Source: Candidatus Poribacteria bacterium
GTDB lineage: Bacteria > Poribacteria > WGA-4E > PCPOR2b
Assembly (NCBI GenBank): GCA_965116925.1
Contig: OZ220744.1
Coordinates: forward strand, 96,001-160,000
Reading direction: 5' to 3'
Length of the DNA: 64,000 bases
The translations under genes were made by a program, and so were the position numbers. Numbering within the stretch: position 1 is the first letter of the stretch; the number at the start of each line of letters is the position of its first letter. Positions 29,555 to 39,675 of the stretch are shown piece after piece. The notes beneath the pieces are model-generated. The model worked only from the letters and a program-made list of their open reading frames with translations, did no database searches and was not told the DNA's origin.

Positions 29555-30298
29555 TTATATCCGAGGCCGTCGCAATTCAAAGTTATGTCCTAAGTACTGT
29601 TCCCTAGCAATCTCACTCTCAACAAGTGCCTCCGGGGTGCCGCTTAACGTGATTTTTCCATCGGTAATCAAATACGCACGGTCAACGATGCCTAACATTT
29701 CCGCCGCATTGTGGTCTGTGATTAACACGCCAAGATTTCTATCACGTAGGTGTAAGATAAGCTGCTTAATATCTTGAACTGCAATCGGATCTATCCCTGA
29801 AAATGGCTCATCCAACAAAATAAAAGACGGTGATGCTGCCAACGCTCTTGCGATTTCGGCACGACGACATTCCCCACCCGAAAGGGTATATGCTTTACGA
29901 TTTGCTAACTCGGAAATGCCTAGTTCTTCCATCAGTTGTTCGCTTCGTTGTCCACGTTCCTGTTTGGGGATATCGCGCACCTCTAAGATAGATTCGATGT
30001 TCTGCTTGACCGTCAACTTCCGAAAGATAGAGGTTTCTTGGGCGAGATAACCGATGCCCCGTCGGGCGCGTTTATACATCGGCAGAAATGTGATGTCCTC
30101 ATCATCGTAGACAATTTGTCCCGCGTTGGGGCGGATCAGTCCAACAACCATGTAAAATGTCGTTGACTTGCCCGCGCCGTTGGGGCCCAGCAAGCCGACA
30201 ATTTCACCCGTCTCAACTTCAAGACTGACTCGATTAACGACAATGGGTCCACGTCTTGTATAACTTTTAACAAGTTCATGGGTTTGAAGGACCGCCAC
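29555..30298 (-). CDS. lptB: LPS export ABC transporter ATPase
   Basis: GLLGPNGAGKSTTFY, LSGGE, DEPFSGIDP, ITDHN. Confidence 0.96.
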   Translation of the reverse strand: MAVLQTHELVKSYTRRGPIVVNRVSLEVETGEIVGLLGPNGAGKSTTFYMVVGLIRPNAGQIVYDDEDITFLPMYKRARRGIGYLAQETSIFRKLTVKQNIESILEVRDIPKQERGQRSEQLMEELGISELANRKAYTLSGGECRRAEIARALAASPSFILLDEPFSGIDPIAVQDIKQLILHLRDRNLGVLITDHNAAEMLGIVDRAYLITDGKITLSGTPEALVESEIAREQYLGHNFELRRPRI

Positions 30299-30911
30299 TG
30301 CTTTCTGTCTCCTCTTCCTCTTGTGATTCTTCTTGTGAATCCGACTCAGATGCCTTTTGGGATTTTACGCGAAATCGAACCTTTATATTGCCCTCTCCAG
30401 AACGTTCACCGGTACGCCGGTTATACCAAAATTTATCTGCTTCCAACCGATCCTCATTTTGGAGAACAACGACATCATCGTGAAAATATATAATATCGGT
30501 GAGGTGGTTCAAGGTCGCGTGGGCACACGTGACAAAAATATCCCCGTCTCGAAGCTCGACGTTTCCTTCCGCAACAGTTTTGACTGTTTCATTTGTTTCA
30601 ACGTTTTCGTGAATAGTCACTTTGTCTGCATTCAGGAAGCCATTTGGTCTCTCAATTTGAACGTTACCCGTAAAAATTGTCAATCCTTCTTTTTCACGTT
30701 GCTCAAAGCGATCCGCGTGTTTAACATCAATCACGTCCTCATCCAGAGTTGGCTCATCGGCCATGACCTCTTGTTGAGGCGGAGATGTCTCCTGTTCATC
30801 AGTTGGAAACACACGGTTATTAAGCAAAAGAACACTAAGGAGCAAGCCAAACGCCCAAAGTAAAGCCACAGCAGGTTTCGGAACTGTTACAGAATTAATT
30901 CTCAGTTGCAT
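30276..30911 (-). CDS. lptA: LptA/OstA-family periplasmic LPS transport protein
   Basis: FTGNV, ADKV, AEGNV jellyroll motifs; position between lptC and lptB; start uncertain. Confidence 0.78.
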   Translation of the reverse strand: MQLRINSVTVPKPAVALLWAFGLLLSVLLLNNRVFPTDEQETSPPQQEVMADEPTLDEDVIDVKHADRFEQREKEGLTIFTGNVQIERPNGFLNADKVTIHENVETNETVKTVAEGNVELRDGDIFVTCAHATLNHLTDIIYFHDDVVVLQNEDRLEADKFWYNRRTGERSGEGNIKVRFRVKSQKASESDSQEESQEEEETESSGGPSNP

Positions 30912-31476
30912 CAAATTTCTCATCCTTTGGATAAATTTTAGATTGGACATTCTTCATTATAACCACTTCGAGTGTCGGATCGCCTTCCAGCTCTTGACCG
31001 ACCATTGTTGAGTTACCCCGCACAATTGTGGAGGTGTTCGGTGCAAACAGCTTGCCATCACTGTTGCGCCAGTGAAGTTCATCGGTGTAGAGGTGCCCAT
31101 CTGGGCTCTTTCCAACAACATTCTCAAAAATATGAATATCGTTGCTCGATTCAATCAGCTCGCCTCGATCACCTGTTATTGTTATTGCCCACTTGCCTTC
31201 CTCAAAGATCTGGACCGTTGGTTTTTGCATCTCCACAATCTCTTTCAGGAATGCCGCCTTCTCGGCAACAAGCGTCCACCGCGTGATACCCCCATCTGCG
31301 TGTTGGGTTGAAAACTCATACAGTATCTGTTGAGGCGCTTCTTGGACTGGCTGTATCGGCTCTTCGTCTGCTTTATCACAGCCAAAACTGAATAAGCTAA
31401 AAGCTACCAAAAGGAAGGATACTTGAAAGGCTATATGTAAGTGTCGGTTATTCAGGTTGTGTTTTCCAGCGTTCAT
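30895..31476 (-). CDS. lptC: LPS export protein LptC
   Basis: TM/lipobox then W.L.AE.A, LYTDELHW, G..L motifs; synteny; start uncertain. Confidence 0.8.
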   Translation of the reverse strand: MNAGKHNLNNRHLHIAFQVSFLLVAFSLFSFGCDKADEEPIQPVQEAPQQILYEFSTQHADGGITRWTLVAEKAAFLKEIVEMQKPTVQIFEEGKWAITITGDRGELIESSNDIHIFENVVGKSPDGHLYTDELHWRNSDGKLFAPNTSTIVRGNSTMVGQELEGDPTLEVVIMKNVQSKIYPKDEKFDATEN

Positions 31477-32332
31477 GCATCCAGATCCACTGTTCCGGGT
31501 GGCGTCGAATGTAAGATTCAATAACTTTGGTGAACTGCTGTGTGTTGACCAAGAGATCTGCTTCTTTCTCTCCACTCTGTTGTAGAAGCAATGGTGCTTC
31601 GATAATAGCACGATGTGAATTGTCCGGTTGACGGACAATAAAAGTTGGTAAAATCGCAGCCCCGGTCTTGAGCGCGAACGCTACAGGGCTATAAGGTGTA
31701 TAGGCAGGTTTGCCGAAAAAATCAACGAAGATGCCGCGAGTACGGGTGTCCACATCTGCAAGAATCGCAATCAGTTCATTTCGATTGAGACAGCGTAATA
31801 CTTCGCGAACCGACCGATCTCGGTCTATACCTTGCCAGCCAACCTTTTCTCGATAGCTGCTAACAATCGCATCTAAACGCTTGGATCGCAGCTCACGGGT
31901 GATCCCACGGATTGTATAGCCATGTGCAAGAATGCTCGCACCAAGAAGTTCCCAGTTGCCAAAGTGAGCCGTCAGGATGATCGCGCCTCTTCCTTGAGTC
32001 AGTGCCTTATCAATATGTTCTCTGCCCTCAAGGGTAACAAGTTGATGGAGTGTTTCAGGAGACATGCGAGGCAGCTGCATAAATTCCATCAAGTTCTTAC
32101 CGATATTCTGGAAGGAGCGTCGGGCAAGCCTGCCTACCATTGGCTGATCAATACCAAGACTCTGTGCCAGATGCTTGCACGCCTTATCCTTTTCGCGATG
32201 GGACAACAAGAAAACAGCTGTAGCAAGATGAACACCTATGAATAAAGCGAGTTTGCGAGGCAGCCGAGCAATGCACTGACCTATACATTTTGCCGTAAAT
32301 ACGTAACAGTAATCTTTCAGAGTGCGCCACAT
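31448..32332 (-). CDS. Lipid A late acyltransferase (LpxL/HtrB family)
   Basis: TAHFGNWE, DFFG, PEQWIWMHERWK. Confidence 0.92.
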   Translation of the reverse strand: MWRTLKDYCYVFTAKCIGQCIARLPRKLALFIGVHLATAVFLLSHREKDKACKHLAQSLGIDQPMVGRLARRSFQNIGKNLMEFMQLPRMSPETLHQLVTLEGREHIDKALTQGRGAIILTAHFGNWELLGASILAHGYTIRGITRELRSKRLDAIVSSYREKVGWQGIDRDRSVREVLRCLNRNELIAILADVDTRTRGIFVDFFGKPAYTPYSPVAFALKTGAAILPTFIVRQPDNSHRAIIEAPLLLQQSGEKEADLLVNTQQFTKVIESYIRRHPEQWIWMHERWKTQPE

Positions 32333-32484
32333 ACCTATCCCTATTATAGCAAAGTCAACCTGCAATGACAAGGGAATTCATGGATGCAAGGGGGAGTTGG
32401 GACTAGTTGGCATAAAAATTGATAGTCAGTATCGATCTCTGTTGTTAATGGATCTGAATGTTTGAAAATTGACTGAAGTTTTGC

Positions 32485-32513
32485 TTGAGGCTGGAGTTTA
32501 AGTGTGTTAAAAT
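32485..32513 (+). promoter_or_regulatory. Predicted sigma70 promoter for the rsgA leader
   Basis: TTGAGG-17-TAAAAT with TG extension. Confidence 0.5.
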
Positions 32514-32598
32514 AAGCGGAGCTGCAACTTCAATTAGAAATAGGCGTTAGATATAGATAGCAACTCAATTAAGGCATATCGAAAGGTGGTGCAAAGTC

Positions 32599-32715
32599 AT
32601 GCAAGAAATGCTTGAACGAATTAACTACGGTAAGAAAAACAACACATTCGATAATCAGGAAACTCGTCTTGACTCTGCCCATCTGTGTGTCGGGTCGCCG
32701 GGAACGGCTACTTAA
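32599..32715 (+). CDS. Putative 38-aa leader peptide/uORF
   Basis: RBS GAAAGGTGG; MQEMLERINYGKKNNTFDNQETRLDSAHLCVGSPGTAT*; below ORF-track cutoff. Confidence 0.5.
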   Translation: MQEMLERINYGKKNNTFDNQETRLDSAHLCVGSPGTAT

Positions 32716-32738
32716 GATCTCGTTTGGTGTAATGTCGG

Positions 32739-32776
32739 AAAGCCCGTAAGGATGAGTTTCCTTGCGGGCTTTTTTT
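32739..32776 (+). terminator. Intrinsic terminator just upstream of rsgA
   Basis: Stem AAAGCCCGTAAGGA/TCCTTGCGGGCTTT, 6-nt loop, T7 tract. Confidence 0.85.
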
Positions 32777-32801
32777 ATTTGACCTTGTGAGGTTCTATTT
32801 T

Positions 32802-33803
32802 ATGGATGAAGGAATTGTTATCAAAGCACACGGTGGGGTTTATGATGTCCAAATCGGGGGACAACTCTACCACTGTTCATTGCGACATCATATTATTGAA
32901 GCCGATAGACGGGAACGTGCCGAAACGAAAGAGTTACCCTACGTGGATCTCGTTTCTGTCGGAGATCAGGTGCGAATCTCTCGATCGGAATCGAAAACAG
33001 ATCTAGGCTATATTGAGGAAATTCTACCGCGTCAGACCCAATTTGGTCGTACGCGCGTAAACAAATTGCCACAGGTCATTGTAGCTAATCTCGATCTCCT
33101 GCTAGTCATCTTTGCAGCACGAAACCCTCAACTCAAATTACGCATGCTGGATCGATTTCTTGTGACAGCAGAGGCTTCGGGCATGTTGCCCGTGATCTGT
33201 ATTAACAAGATTGATCTGGTCCAACTGGAAAAATTGAAAGCACAAATGGCACTGTACGAACGAATCGGTTACAATGTCGTCTACACCAGTATTGTAACGG
33301 GTGCTGGAATTGACGAAATGCGTGCAGTGATGAAAGATCGGATTTCCGCTATCGTCGGATCGTCCGGCGTTGGTAAATCATCACTACTCAACGAAATTCA
33401 ACCGGGCTTGCAGCTGCGCGTCGGCGATGTTGATGATCGGATGCACAAAGGACAGCACACCACAACGGAGGTTGCCCTACTGCCACTCCATTTTGGTGGG
33501 TTTGTCGCAGATACACCGGGCATTCGTACACTTGGGTTGTTTGAGATTGATGATGAGCAGGGACTAGACATCTATTTTCCCGAAATGCGTTCCTACATTC
33601 CCGAATGCAAATTTGCAGCGTGCACCCACCAACATGAACCGGGGTGTGCTGTTAAGAGTGCTGTCGAAGATGGAAAAATTAGCGAGTTGCGGTACGATAG
33701 CTACTTGCGCATATCGGGATTTAGCGCAGGAAGATTTGAACGTGAAGGACCGAAGAAAGAGAAAAAACGGTACGAAAGGAGGCATAAACGTGCCAAGCGA
33801 TAG
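32802..33803 (+). CDS. rsgA: Ribosome small-subunit-dependent GTPase A
   Basis: NKID, GSSGVGKSS, GQHTTT, DTPG, CKF..C.H..EPGC zinc finger. Confidence 0.96.
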   Translation: MDEGIVIKAHGGVYDVQIGGQLYHCSLRHHIIEADRRERAETKELPYVDLVSVGDQVRISRSESKTDLGYIEEILPRQTQFGRTRVNKLPQVIVANLDLLLVIFAARNPQLKLRMLDRFLVTAEASGMLPVICINKIDLVQLEKLKAQMALYERIGYNVVYTSIVTGAGIDEMRAVMKDRISAIVGSSGVGKSSLLNEIQPGLQLRVGDVDDRMHKGQHTTTEVALLPLHFGGFVADTPGIRTLGLFEIDDEQGLDIYFPEMRSYIPECKFAACTHQHEPGCAVKSAVEDGKISELRYDSYLRISGFSAGRFEREGPKKEKKRYERRHKRAKR

Positions 33804-34641
33804 TGGACAGCAAGTGATTGACAAATTGAGACGAATTATTGAAAAAAATGAGCAGAAACTCACCTATTTTCAGAATCGACTGAAGCAGTCTGAGTTCATT
33901 GATCAACCGAACCAGCGCCTAATTGGCACCGCGGCGGGACAGGCGGATTCATATACAGATCAGCTGGCGATCCTGCAAACTCAACTACGCGAGCTAGAAA
34001 AACTTTACGGCGGCAGCCTAAAACTGAGAACAACTGAAGAGCGAGATTTGCGGCGAAGTTGGGGTTGGACAAATGAGCCGACCCTTCGTAATCGCTTGCA
34101 CACTCAGTTCATGCCCTTCCAAACTTACGTTGACAATTGGCATCGCTGGCTGGCTGACGAATATACGCACCCGCTTTCAGTTGATCTGCCAAGCGGTGAA
34201 TTGGTTGGTTTTATGCTAATTAGATGCACCGGTAGGGATGAGAAAATTGCGACACTTGAGTTTATTGTTATTCGACCTGATTGCCGTTATCAGGGGTATG
34301 GCACAGAGGCGATGCAGCAGGCAATCGACTGGGCATTTGAACATCTCGGTGCCGATACCTTTGAGCTGCAAGTCAGTGTCGATAACTATGCTGCATTTCT
34401 CTGTTTTGAGAGGTGTGGACTGGAGTGCATTGACCAAGGACATTATGGGAACTTGGAATCCTATCGCATGGAGATGCGTCGTGAAGTTTGGAAAGACACT
34501 AGATCTGCTGGGGCAATTCCAGAACACGATGACCGTGAGACACCGCCTACCCGGAATCTTGATGCAGTTGGAGAAAGATCCAGTCCCTATCTTACGGCGA
34601 AACTGCTGGCACCCTTAAAAGAACTCGTTTCTGATCGCTAA
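33790..34641 (+). CDS. GNAT (RimJ/RimL-like) acetyltransferase with N-terminal coiled coil
   Basis: GTG start with AAGGAGG RBS overlapping rsgA end; QGYGTEAM, N.AA...FE..G motifs. Confidence 0.8.
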   Translation: MPSDSGQQVIDKLRRIIEKNEQKLTYFQNRLKQSEFIDQPNQRLIGTAAGQADSYTDQLAILQTQLRELEKLYGGSLKLRTTEERDLRRSWGWTNEPTLRNRLHTQFMPFQTYVDNWHRWLADEYTHPLSVDLPSGELVGFMLIRCTGRDEKIATLEFIVIRPDCRYQGYGTEAMQQAIDWAFEHLGADTFELQVSVDNYAAFLCFERCGLECIDQGHYGNLESYRMEMRREVWKDTRSAGAIPEHDDRETPPTRNLDAVGERSSPYLTAKLLAPLKELVSDR

Positions 34642-35643
34642 ATGCGGGGTTTGTTCCTCCACCAATTCAAAGGACTCTAGTTCAAACTCAACCTCAACGG
34701 TAACATCATCACGGATCTGAGATTGGGTAAATTTGACGATGCCAACATTAGGGGCAAGCCATTTCTGGGCTACCGTTATGTCGAGGGGATGATCGAAAAT
34801 GCTCCACTTAAACGATTCCTGTACCTGAAATACGTGATCAAACGTCCCCGCCGGAACCGTCAAGGTTTCCTCTGAAAGTACCTCAAACTCATCTACACCG
34901 CCACCAATCGGGAACAATTCAGGGGTCAACTTTGCCTGAAAACTTGTTTGCCATGTATTCCCCGGGATCAGTGGAAAATTGTAAAGCGGTAAAAAAGGTG
35001 AGAAAAGGATTGTATCTTCCGTGCCAGAGGTAATATTCTGTGCATGCTGGAAAATTCCTTTGACAACGCCATTTTCAATTTTATGACCCAAGTAGGAGAA
35101 ATTAAGGATGCCTTCTAGCCCCTCGTCAGGACTCGATTTCTGTAAGACATAGCTTTTAACTGTTCGATCACTGGTAACTTGAATATCGATTGTGTCAACA
35201 ATTTCAAAGATAACCCGATTCCCTTCATCATCGCGGTAGTGCCATGTATTGCCAACAGCGAGTGGGTAATAATCCCCCGGACGGGTCCGCCACACACGGA
35301 TGTCAATGGTGCTTGTGTTCGATTTTCTGCCGTCACTTACGGTGACTTCAATCAGGTATTTTCGTTCCTCTTCGGGAGCAGTCCAAGTCGCACCGAGTTC
35401 ATCGCCCTCAATCGTACCGCCGGTCGCATACCATTCAACAGACAGTTTGTCACCATCAACGTCAACGGCTTTGAACTTGATGCCGACTGAGGTGCCGGGT
35501 TCAATAATATCGGAGTCCGCCTCAAAGACAGAAATCCTTGGCGCGAAATTCTCGTCATGATCGCCCTCACTACACCCCAGAATCAGGAAAAGAGAAATTG
35601 CTATAAACAGAGGAAACAGATTCAGCTCCCTGAGTAAAAACAT
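34615..35643 (-). CDS. Lipoprotein with Ig/PKD-like domain and beta-rich C-domain
   Basis: LILGC lipobox; D.DGD.L, V.VSDG; YYPLAVGNTW, TVPAGTF, WLAPNVGIVK. Confidence 0.75.
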   Translation of the reverse strand: MFLLRELNLFPLFIAISLFLILGCSEGDHDENFAPRISVFEADSDIIEPGTSVGIKFKAVDVDGDKLSVEWYATGGTIEGDELGATWTAPEEERKYLIEVTVSDGRKSNTSTIDIRVWRTRPGDYYPLAVGNTWHYRDDEGNRVIFEIVDTIDIQVTSDRTVKSYVLQKSSPDEGLEGILNFSYLGHKIENGVVKGIFQHAQNITSGTEDTILFSPFLPLYNFPLIPGNTWQTSFQAKLTPELFPIGGGVDEFEVLSEETLTVPAGTFDHVFQVQESFKWSIFDHPLDITVAQKWLAPNVGIVKFTQSQIRDDVTVEVEFELESFELVEEQTPHLAIRNEFF

Positions 35644-35761
35644 GGTAAGGTCTCCTTCACGAGTAGAATAGTTGCTGCCCCTATGGAATCGGGACTCAAC
35701 GCAAACATAAAACGTTGAGGTGGGCAAAAAGATGACACCCTGAAAGATTTTTCCCTAAAGC

Positions 35762-36841
35762 TTAACCCAATTCCCAACCGTATTCTCTCGCTGGGATGTA
35801 TGGAAGCTGTCCACTCTGGAGCATCAGTTCAAGCGGAGAGTCCTTTTGAGCCAATGGAAACGTGACTTTAGCCCTGCCAAGCCGTTCCGATTCGTAAGCG
35901 GCGAGGCACATCTCCAAAGCGGCTCGACCGTCGTATCCGCTGGAAACGCTCTCTCTGTCCTCGTCGAGACAAGCGACCATTTCCCACGCACCTTCGCTTG
36001 GCACATCTCCTGTCGAATCTCCAATCAGTTCGCTGCCTATCGCCTCAATCTGTTCTCCCTCACGGAAGTCTCCCAACCCGCCATCATTCTTCCAAAGCCG
36101 AATCAGCGGTTGCCAACCGCGATGCGGACGAACCTCTATCTTCCCTTCGCTTCCCTCAAAGATGAAACAGCCATCCAGTCGATAATCCCAGTGTCCACCA
36201 GTCATAAACAGCGCGGTGATTCCGTCGTTGAGACTGAAGAAACTCATAATCCGTTCGCGTTCATTGCTCCGGTCAACGGTTGCGATGGCCCATTCTGGAT
36301 CTCCACCGAACCATCGAATAGCATCGCAACTGTGCGTCCCGTTGTGCAGCAAGGTACTAGTATCGCCGTAATTCTGAACCTCGATATGTAATAGGGCCCC
36401 AATGACACCGTCCTCCACCATCTGTTTGACCCGACGCCAATTCGGTTCAAATCGCATGGTGTGGTCAATCGCTAACTTTGTTCCAGACCGCTCGCACGCG
36501 TCGATAACTCGGTCTGCATCTTTCATATTCAACGCCATCGGCTTTTCGCAGAGGATTGCTTTAGCCCCGGCTTGAGCTGCAGCAATTGTCGGCTCCACAT
36601 GTTCCCGATTGTGCGTTGTCACACCGACGATATCAAGCCTTTCTTTGGCTAGCATCTGTTGCATGTCCGTGTACGTCGACGGAATCTCAAATTGTTCGAC
36701 GAGCGTGTTCACCTTATCTTCAAGAATATCGCAGGCGGCAACAACCTCCACGCGGTCATGCAGTTGCTGAAATGCGGTCGCATAACGCGTCCCAATACTG
36801 CCACAACCGATAATTCCGACGCGATACTTCGTTTTGGGCAT
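35762..36841 (-). CDS. Gfo/Idh/MocA oxidoreductase
   Basis: GIIGCGSIG, LCEKPMA, GTH..D. Confidence 0.92.
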   Translation of the reverse strand: MPKTKYRVGIIGCGSIGTRYATAFQQLHDRVEVVAACDILEDKVNTLVEQFEIPSTYTDMQQMLAKERLDIVGVTTHNREHVEPTIAAAQAGAKAILCEKPMALNMKDADRVIDACERSGTKLAIDHTMRFEPNWRRVKQMVEDGVIGALLHIEVQNYGDTSTLLHNGTHSCDAIRWFGGDPEWAIATVDRSNERERIMSFFSLNDGITALFMTGGHWDYRLDGCFIFEGSEGKIEVRPHRGWQPLIRLWKNDGGLGDFREGEQIEAIGSELIGDSTGDVPSEGAWEMVACLDEDRESVSSGYDGRAALEMCLAAYESERLGRAKVTFPLAQKDSPLELMLQSGQLPYIPAREYGWELG

Positions 36842-36852
36842 ACTCCACTCCC

Positions 36853-38307
36853 TTACTTGTGGGTAGATTGGCTTAACTTTACCAATGCCTTCATTGCCTC
36901 GAACTTGAAGTACATGTCCTGATTATCATCTCCGATAATTTCGATTAGTCCAGGAATCGCACTTTTATCCCCCAATTCACCTAACACTGTCGCCGCATTC
37001 CATAGTACCAAGATCTCGTCTACAGGATCCCATCGTGGCACACCTTCGCCATGGTTGAGAGCGTTTATCAAAACAGGGATGCCACGCTTGTCCCCCAACT
37101 TTGCCAACGCTTCTGCGATAACCCATTGTACCGTGATATTATTGTCATCGTTGAGAGCATTTATCAAAGCGGGCACGGCACGCTCATCTCCCAATTTTCC
37201 CAACGCTTCTACGGCAAAGATATTTTTATCGTTAAGAGTGCTTATCAAAGGGTCAACGGCGCTGTTATCTCCTAACTTTCCCAACGCTCCTGCAGCGGCC
37301 CATCGTACCGTGATATCGTCATCGTTGAGAGCGTTTATCAAAGCGGGCACGGCACGCTTATCTCCAAACTCTCCCAAAACGCCTGCGGCATTCATTCGTA
37401 CGGTGCCATTATCATGGTTTAGAGCGTTAATCAAAACAGGTACACCACGTCCATCCCCCAATTTGTCCAATACTTTTGCAGCAGTCCGTCGTATGGCGCT
37501 ATTATCATGGTTGAGGGAGTCAATCAAAACGGACTCACCGCGCTTATCTCCTAACTTTACCAGCGCTCCTGCGGAAGCTAGGCGTACCCAGACAATATCG
37601 TTGAGAGCGTTTATTAAAGCCGGGATCGCACTTTTATCGCCCAACTCTCCTAACGTTTCTGCAGCCTTCGATTGTACCCAACGATTATCGTCATCGAGAA
37701 TCTTTATCAAATGGGGCACCGCACTTTTATCATTTAACCTCCCTAACGCTTTTGCTGCCGCCTTCTGTACCTCGTCCCAGTCATGGTTGAGGACGTTTAC
37801 CAAATGGGGCACCGTACTTTTATCCCCCAATTTTCCCAATGCTATTGCGGCCTCCAGTACGACCTCGCTATTGTTATCGTTGAGGAGATTTATCAGCGTA
37901 GGAACAGCACGTTTATCTCCCAATTCTCTCAACACATAGGTAGCATACGCTCGTACCTCCGAGCTATCATCGTTGAGAGCACCAAGCAGTAGTTCAAGTA
38001 GCAGCTCTCCAGAGAGTGTTTCACTCAGTTTATAAAACTGATAATACGCTTTGAACGCTTTCTCGGTTTGCCCATTTGCAGCAAGTACCTTTGCTAACAT
38101 GGCATGCCCAATCGGTTTCTCTGAGTTCTCTAAAATAAAACCCTCAACCAATTTTAATGCGTTCTCATAATCATCCACTTCGAGGAAGGCACTGATGCCC
38201 TTTTCCAATTCTGATCCTTCAGAATTACCGCCTGAAGGTGTCGTTATGAGGCAGGTAAGGATAGCCAACAGGCCGAGAACTAGGGTCACCGCGTTCAAGT
38301 GTTTCAT
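36853..38307 (-). CDS. Exported HEAT (PBS-lyase-like) repeat protein
   Basis: Signal peptide, TPR-like segment, ~11 repeats of VR..AA.ALG.LGD..AVP.LI.ALND. Confidence 0.9.
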   Translation of the reverse strand: MKHLNAVTLVLGLLAILTCLITTPSGGNSEGSELEKGISAFLEVDDYENALKLVEGFILENSEKPIGHAMLAKVLAANGQTEKAFKAYYQFYKLSETLSGELLLELLLGALNDDSSEVRAYATYVLRELGDKRAVPTLINLLNDNNSEVVLEAAIALGKLGDKSTVPHLVNVLNHDWDEVQKAAAKALGRLNDKSAVPHLIKILDDDNRWVQSKAAETLGELGDKSAIPALINALNDIVWVRLASAGALVKLGDKRGESVLIDSLNHDNSAIRRTAAKVLDKLGDGRGVPVLINALNHDNGTVRMNAAGVLGEFGDKRAVPALINALNDDDITVRWAAAGALGKLGDNSAVDPLISTLNDKNIFAVEALGKLGDERAVPALINALNDDNNITVQWVIAEALAKLGDKRGIPVLINALNHGEGVPRWDPVDEILVLWNAATVLGELGDKSAIPGLIEIIGDDNQDMYFKFEAMKALVKLSQSTHK

Positions 38308-38324
38308 CGTGGCTTTCCTTCTGT

Positions 38325-39629
38325 TTATTGATTTAATTGTTCCAACGCCGCTACCGCATGAAGTCTTATTTTAATATCATATTCCTTGTTGCCTAAGATT
38401 TTGAGCAGCGTAGTGTGATCCTCTAGTTTTACCAAGGCTTTCACAGTGCGTAATTGTTTCGAGAATTCCTCATCTTTGAAATTCATCATCATCGCAGGAA
38501 CAGCGGCCTTGCCCCCTGCCTTAAACAAGGCTGCTTTCGCAATCAATGGCACGAGTTCATCGTCATTGTTAAGTGCATCCACTAAAATGGGAACCGCACG
38601 ATTATCTCCCAGTTCTACCAACGCGTATCCAGCACGTACTCTTACCGCACTATCACGATCTTTGAGTGATTTTACCAAAGCAGAAATAGCTCCCTTATCT
38701 TCCAACTCCCCTAAAGCAAGTGCTGCTTCCGCTCTTACCGTGCTATGGTCGTGCTGGAGAGCCTTGATTAAATGAGGTATGGCTTCCTTATCTCCCAACT
38801 TGCCTAACGTTTCTGCAGCTTCCCGTCGTACCGCACTATCATCATCGTTAAGGGCGTTTATCAAATGGGGTACAGCACTGTTATCCCCTAACTTTCCTAA
38901 CGCTGCTACGGCTTCTTGTCGTACCCAATTATCGCTATCGTTAAGGGCGTTTATCAAATGGGGTACGGCACGCTTATCTCCCAGCTCTCCCAACGCATCT
39001 GCGGCGTTCCATCGTACCGCACTCTCGTCGTCGTTGAGCGCATCTATCAAATGAGCGACTGCACTTTTATCCCCCAACTCTCCCAACGCATCTGCGGCGC
39101 TCCATCGTACGATATTATCATTATCGTTAAGGGCGTTTATCAAATGGGGTACGGCACGCTGGTCTCCCAACTCTCCCAGCGCTTCCGCAGCCTCCGCTCG
39201 TAACCACTGAATGTCATCATTGAGAAGGCTTATCAAATGAGGGAAGGCACTGCTATCTCCTAACTTTCCCAATGCTGCTATAGCGCCCAGCTGTATAATT
39301 ATGTCATCACGGTTGAGTGCGTTTATCAAGGAAGGAAGCGGTCCCTTGTTATCTAACTGTTTAAGAGCTTCTACGGCAGCCGATCGAACCGAACTATCAC
39401 CATCGTTGAGCGCCCTGATTTGTATTTCAAGTAATAGACCAGAAGAGGGCTTTTCATCACGCTCATAAGATTTATGATACGTCTTGAGTGCTTTTTCTAA
39501 CCTTGATTGGTCATGATCGCAGCTTGAAACTATTAGACTGAAAGAGATACAATAGGCTATGGAAACCAACAGCAGCGGCGAGGGCTTCGCCCACCTACCT
39601 GTTGTCGCCGTATCCCATCGTTTCATCAT
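38325..39629 (-). CDS. HEAT-repeat lipoprotein
   Basis: VSSC lipobox-like; ~10 tandem 31-aa repeats; start uncertain. Confidence 0.88.
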   Translation of the reverse strand: MMKRWDTATTGRWAKPSPLLLVSIAYCISFSLIVSSCDHDQSRLEKALKTYHKSYERDEKPSSGLLLEIQIRALNDGDSSVRSAAVEALKQLDNKGPLPSLINALNRDDIIIQLGAIAALGKLGDSSAFPHLISLLNDDIQWLRAEAAEALGELGDQRAVPHLINALNDNDNIVRWSAADALGELGDKSAVAHLIDALNDDESAVRWNAADALGELGDKRAVPHLINALNDSDNWVRQEAVAALGKLGDNSAVPHLINALNDDDSAVRREAAETLGKLGDKEAIPHLIKALQHDHSTVRAEAALALGELEDKGAISALVKSLKDRDSAVRVRAGYALVELGDNRAVPILVDALNNDDELVPLIAKAALFKAGGKAAVPAMMMNFKDEEFSKQLRTVKALVKLEDHTTLLKILGNKEYDIKIRLHAVAALEQLNQ

Positions 39630-39675
39630 AGCTGCCCTCTTCTGAACCATCACAAGACAATAGCCGAAACCCAAC

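Noticed and set aside
32408..32422. Possible sigma-54 promoter TGGCAT-N5-TTGA
   Set aside because: Lacks the conserved -12 GC; the similar site near 15292 has wrong spacing
33613..33789. Upstream extension of the GNAT ORF
   Set aside because: Overlaps rsgA; a much better RBS precedes GTG 33790
37055..37939. 294-aa plus-strand ORF and similar ORFs at 38446-39203
   Set aside because: Antisense shadows of the HEAT-repeat genes
36900..39400. Periodic DNA repeats as a CRISPR array
   Set aside because: In-frame coding repeats with no unique spacers and no cas genes
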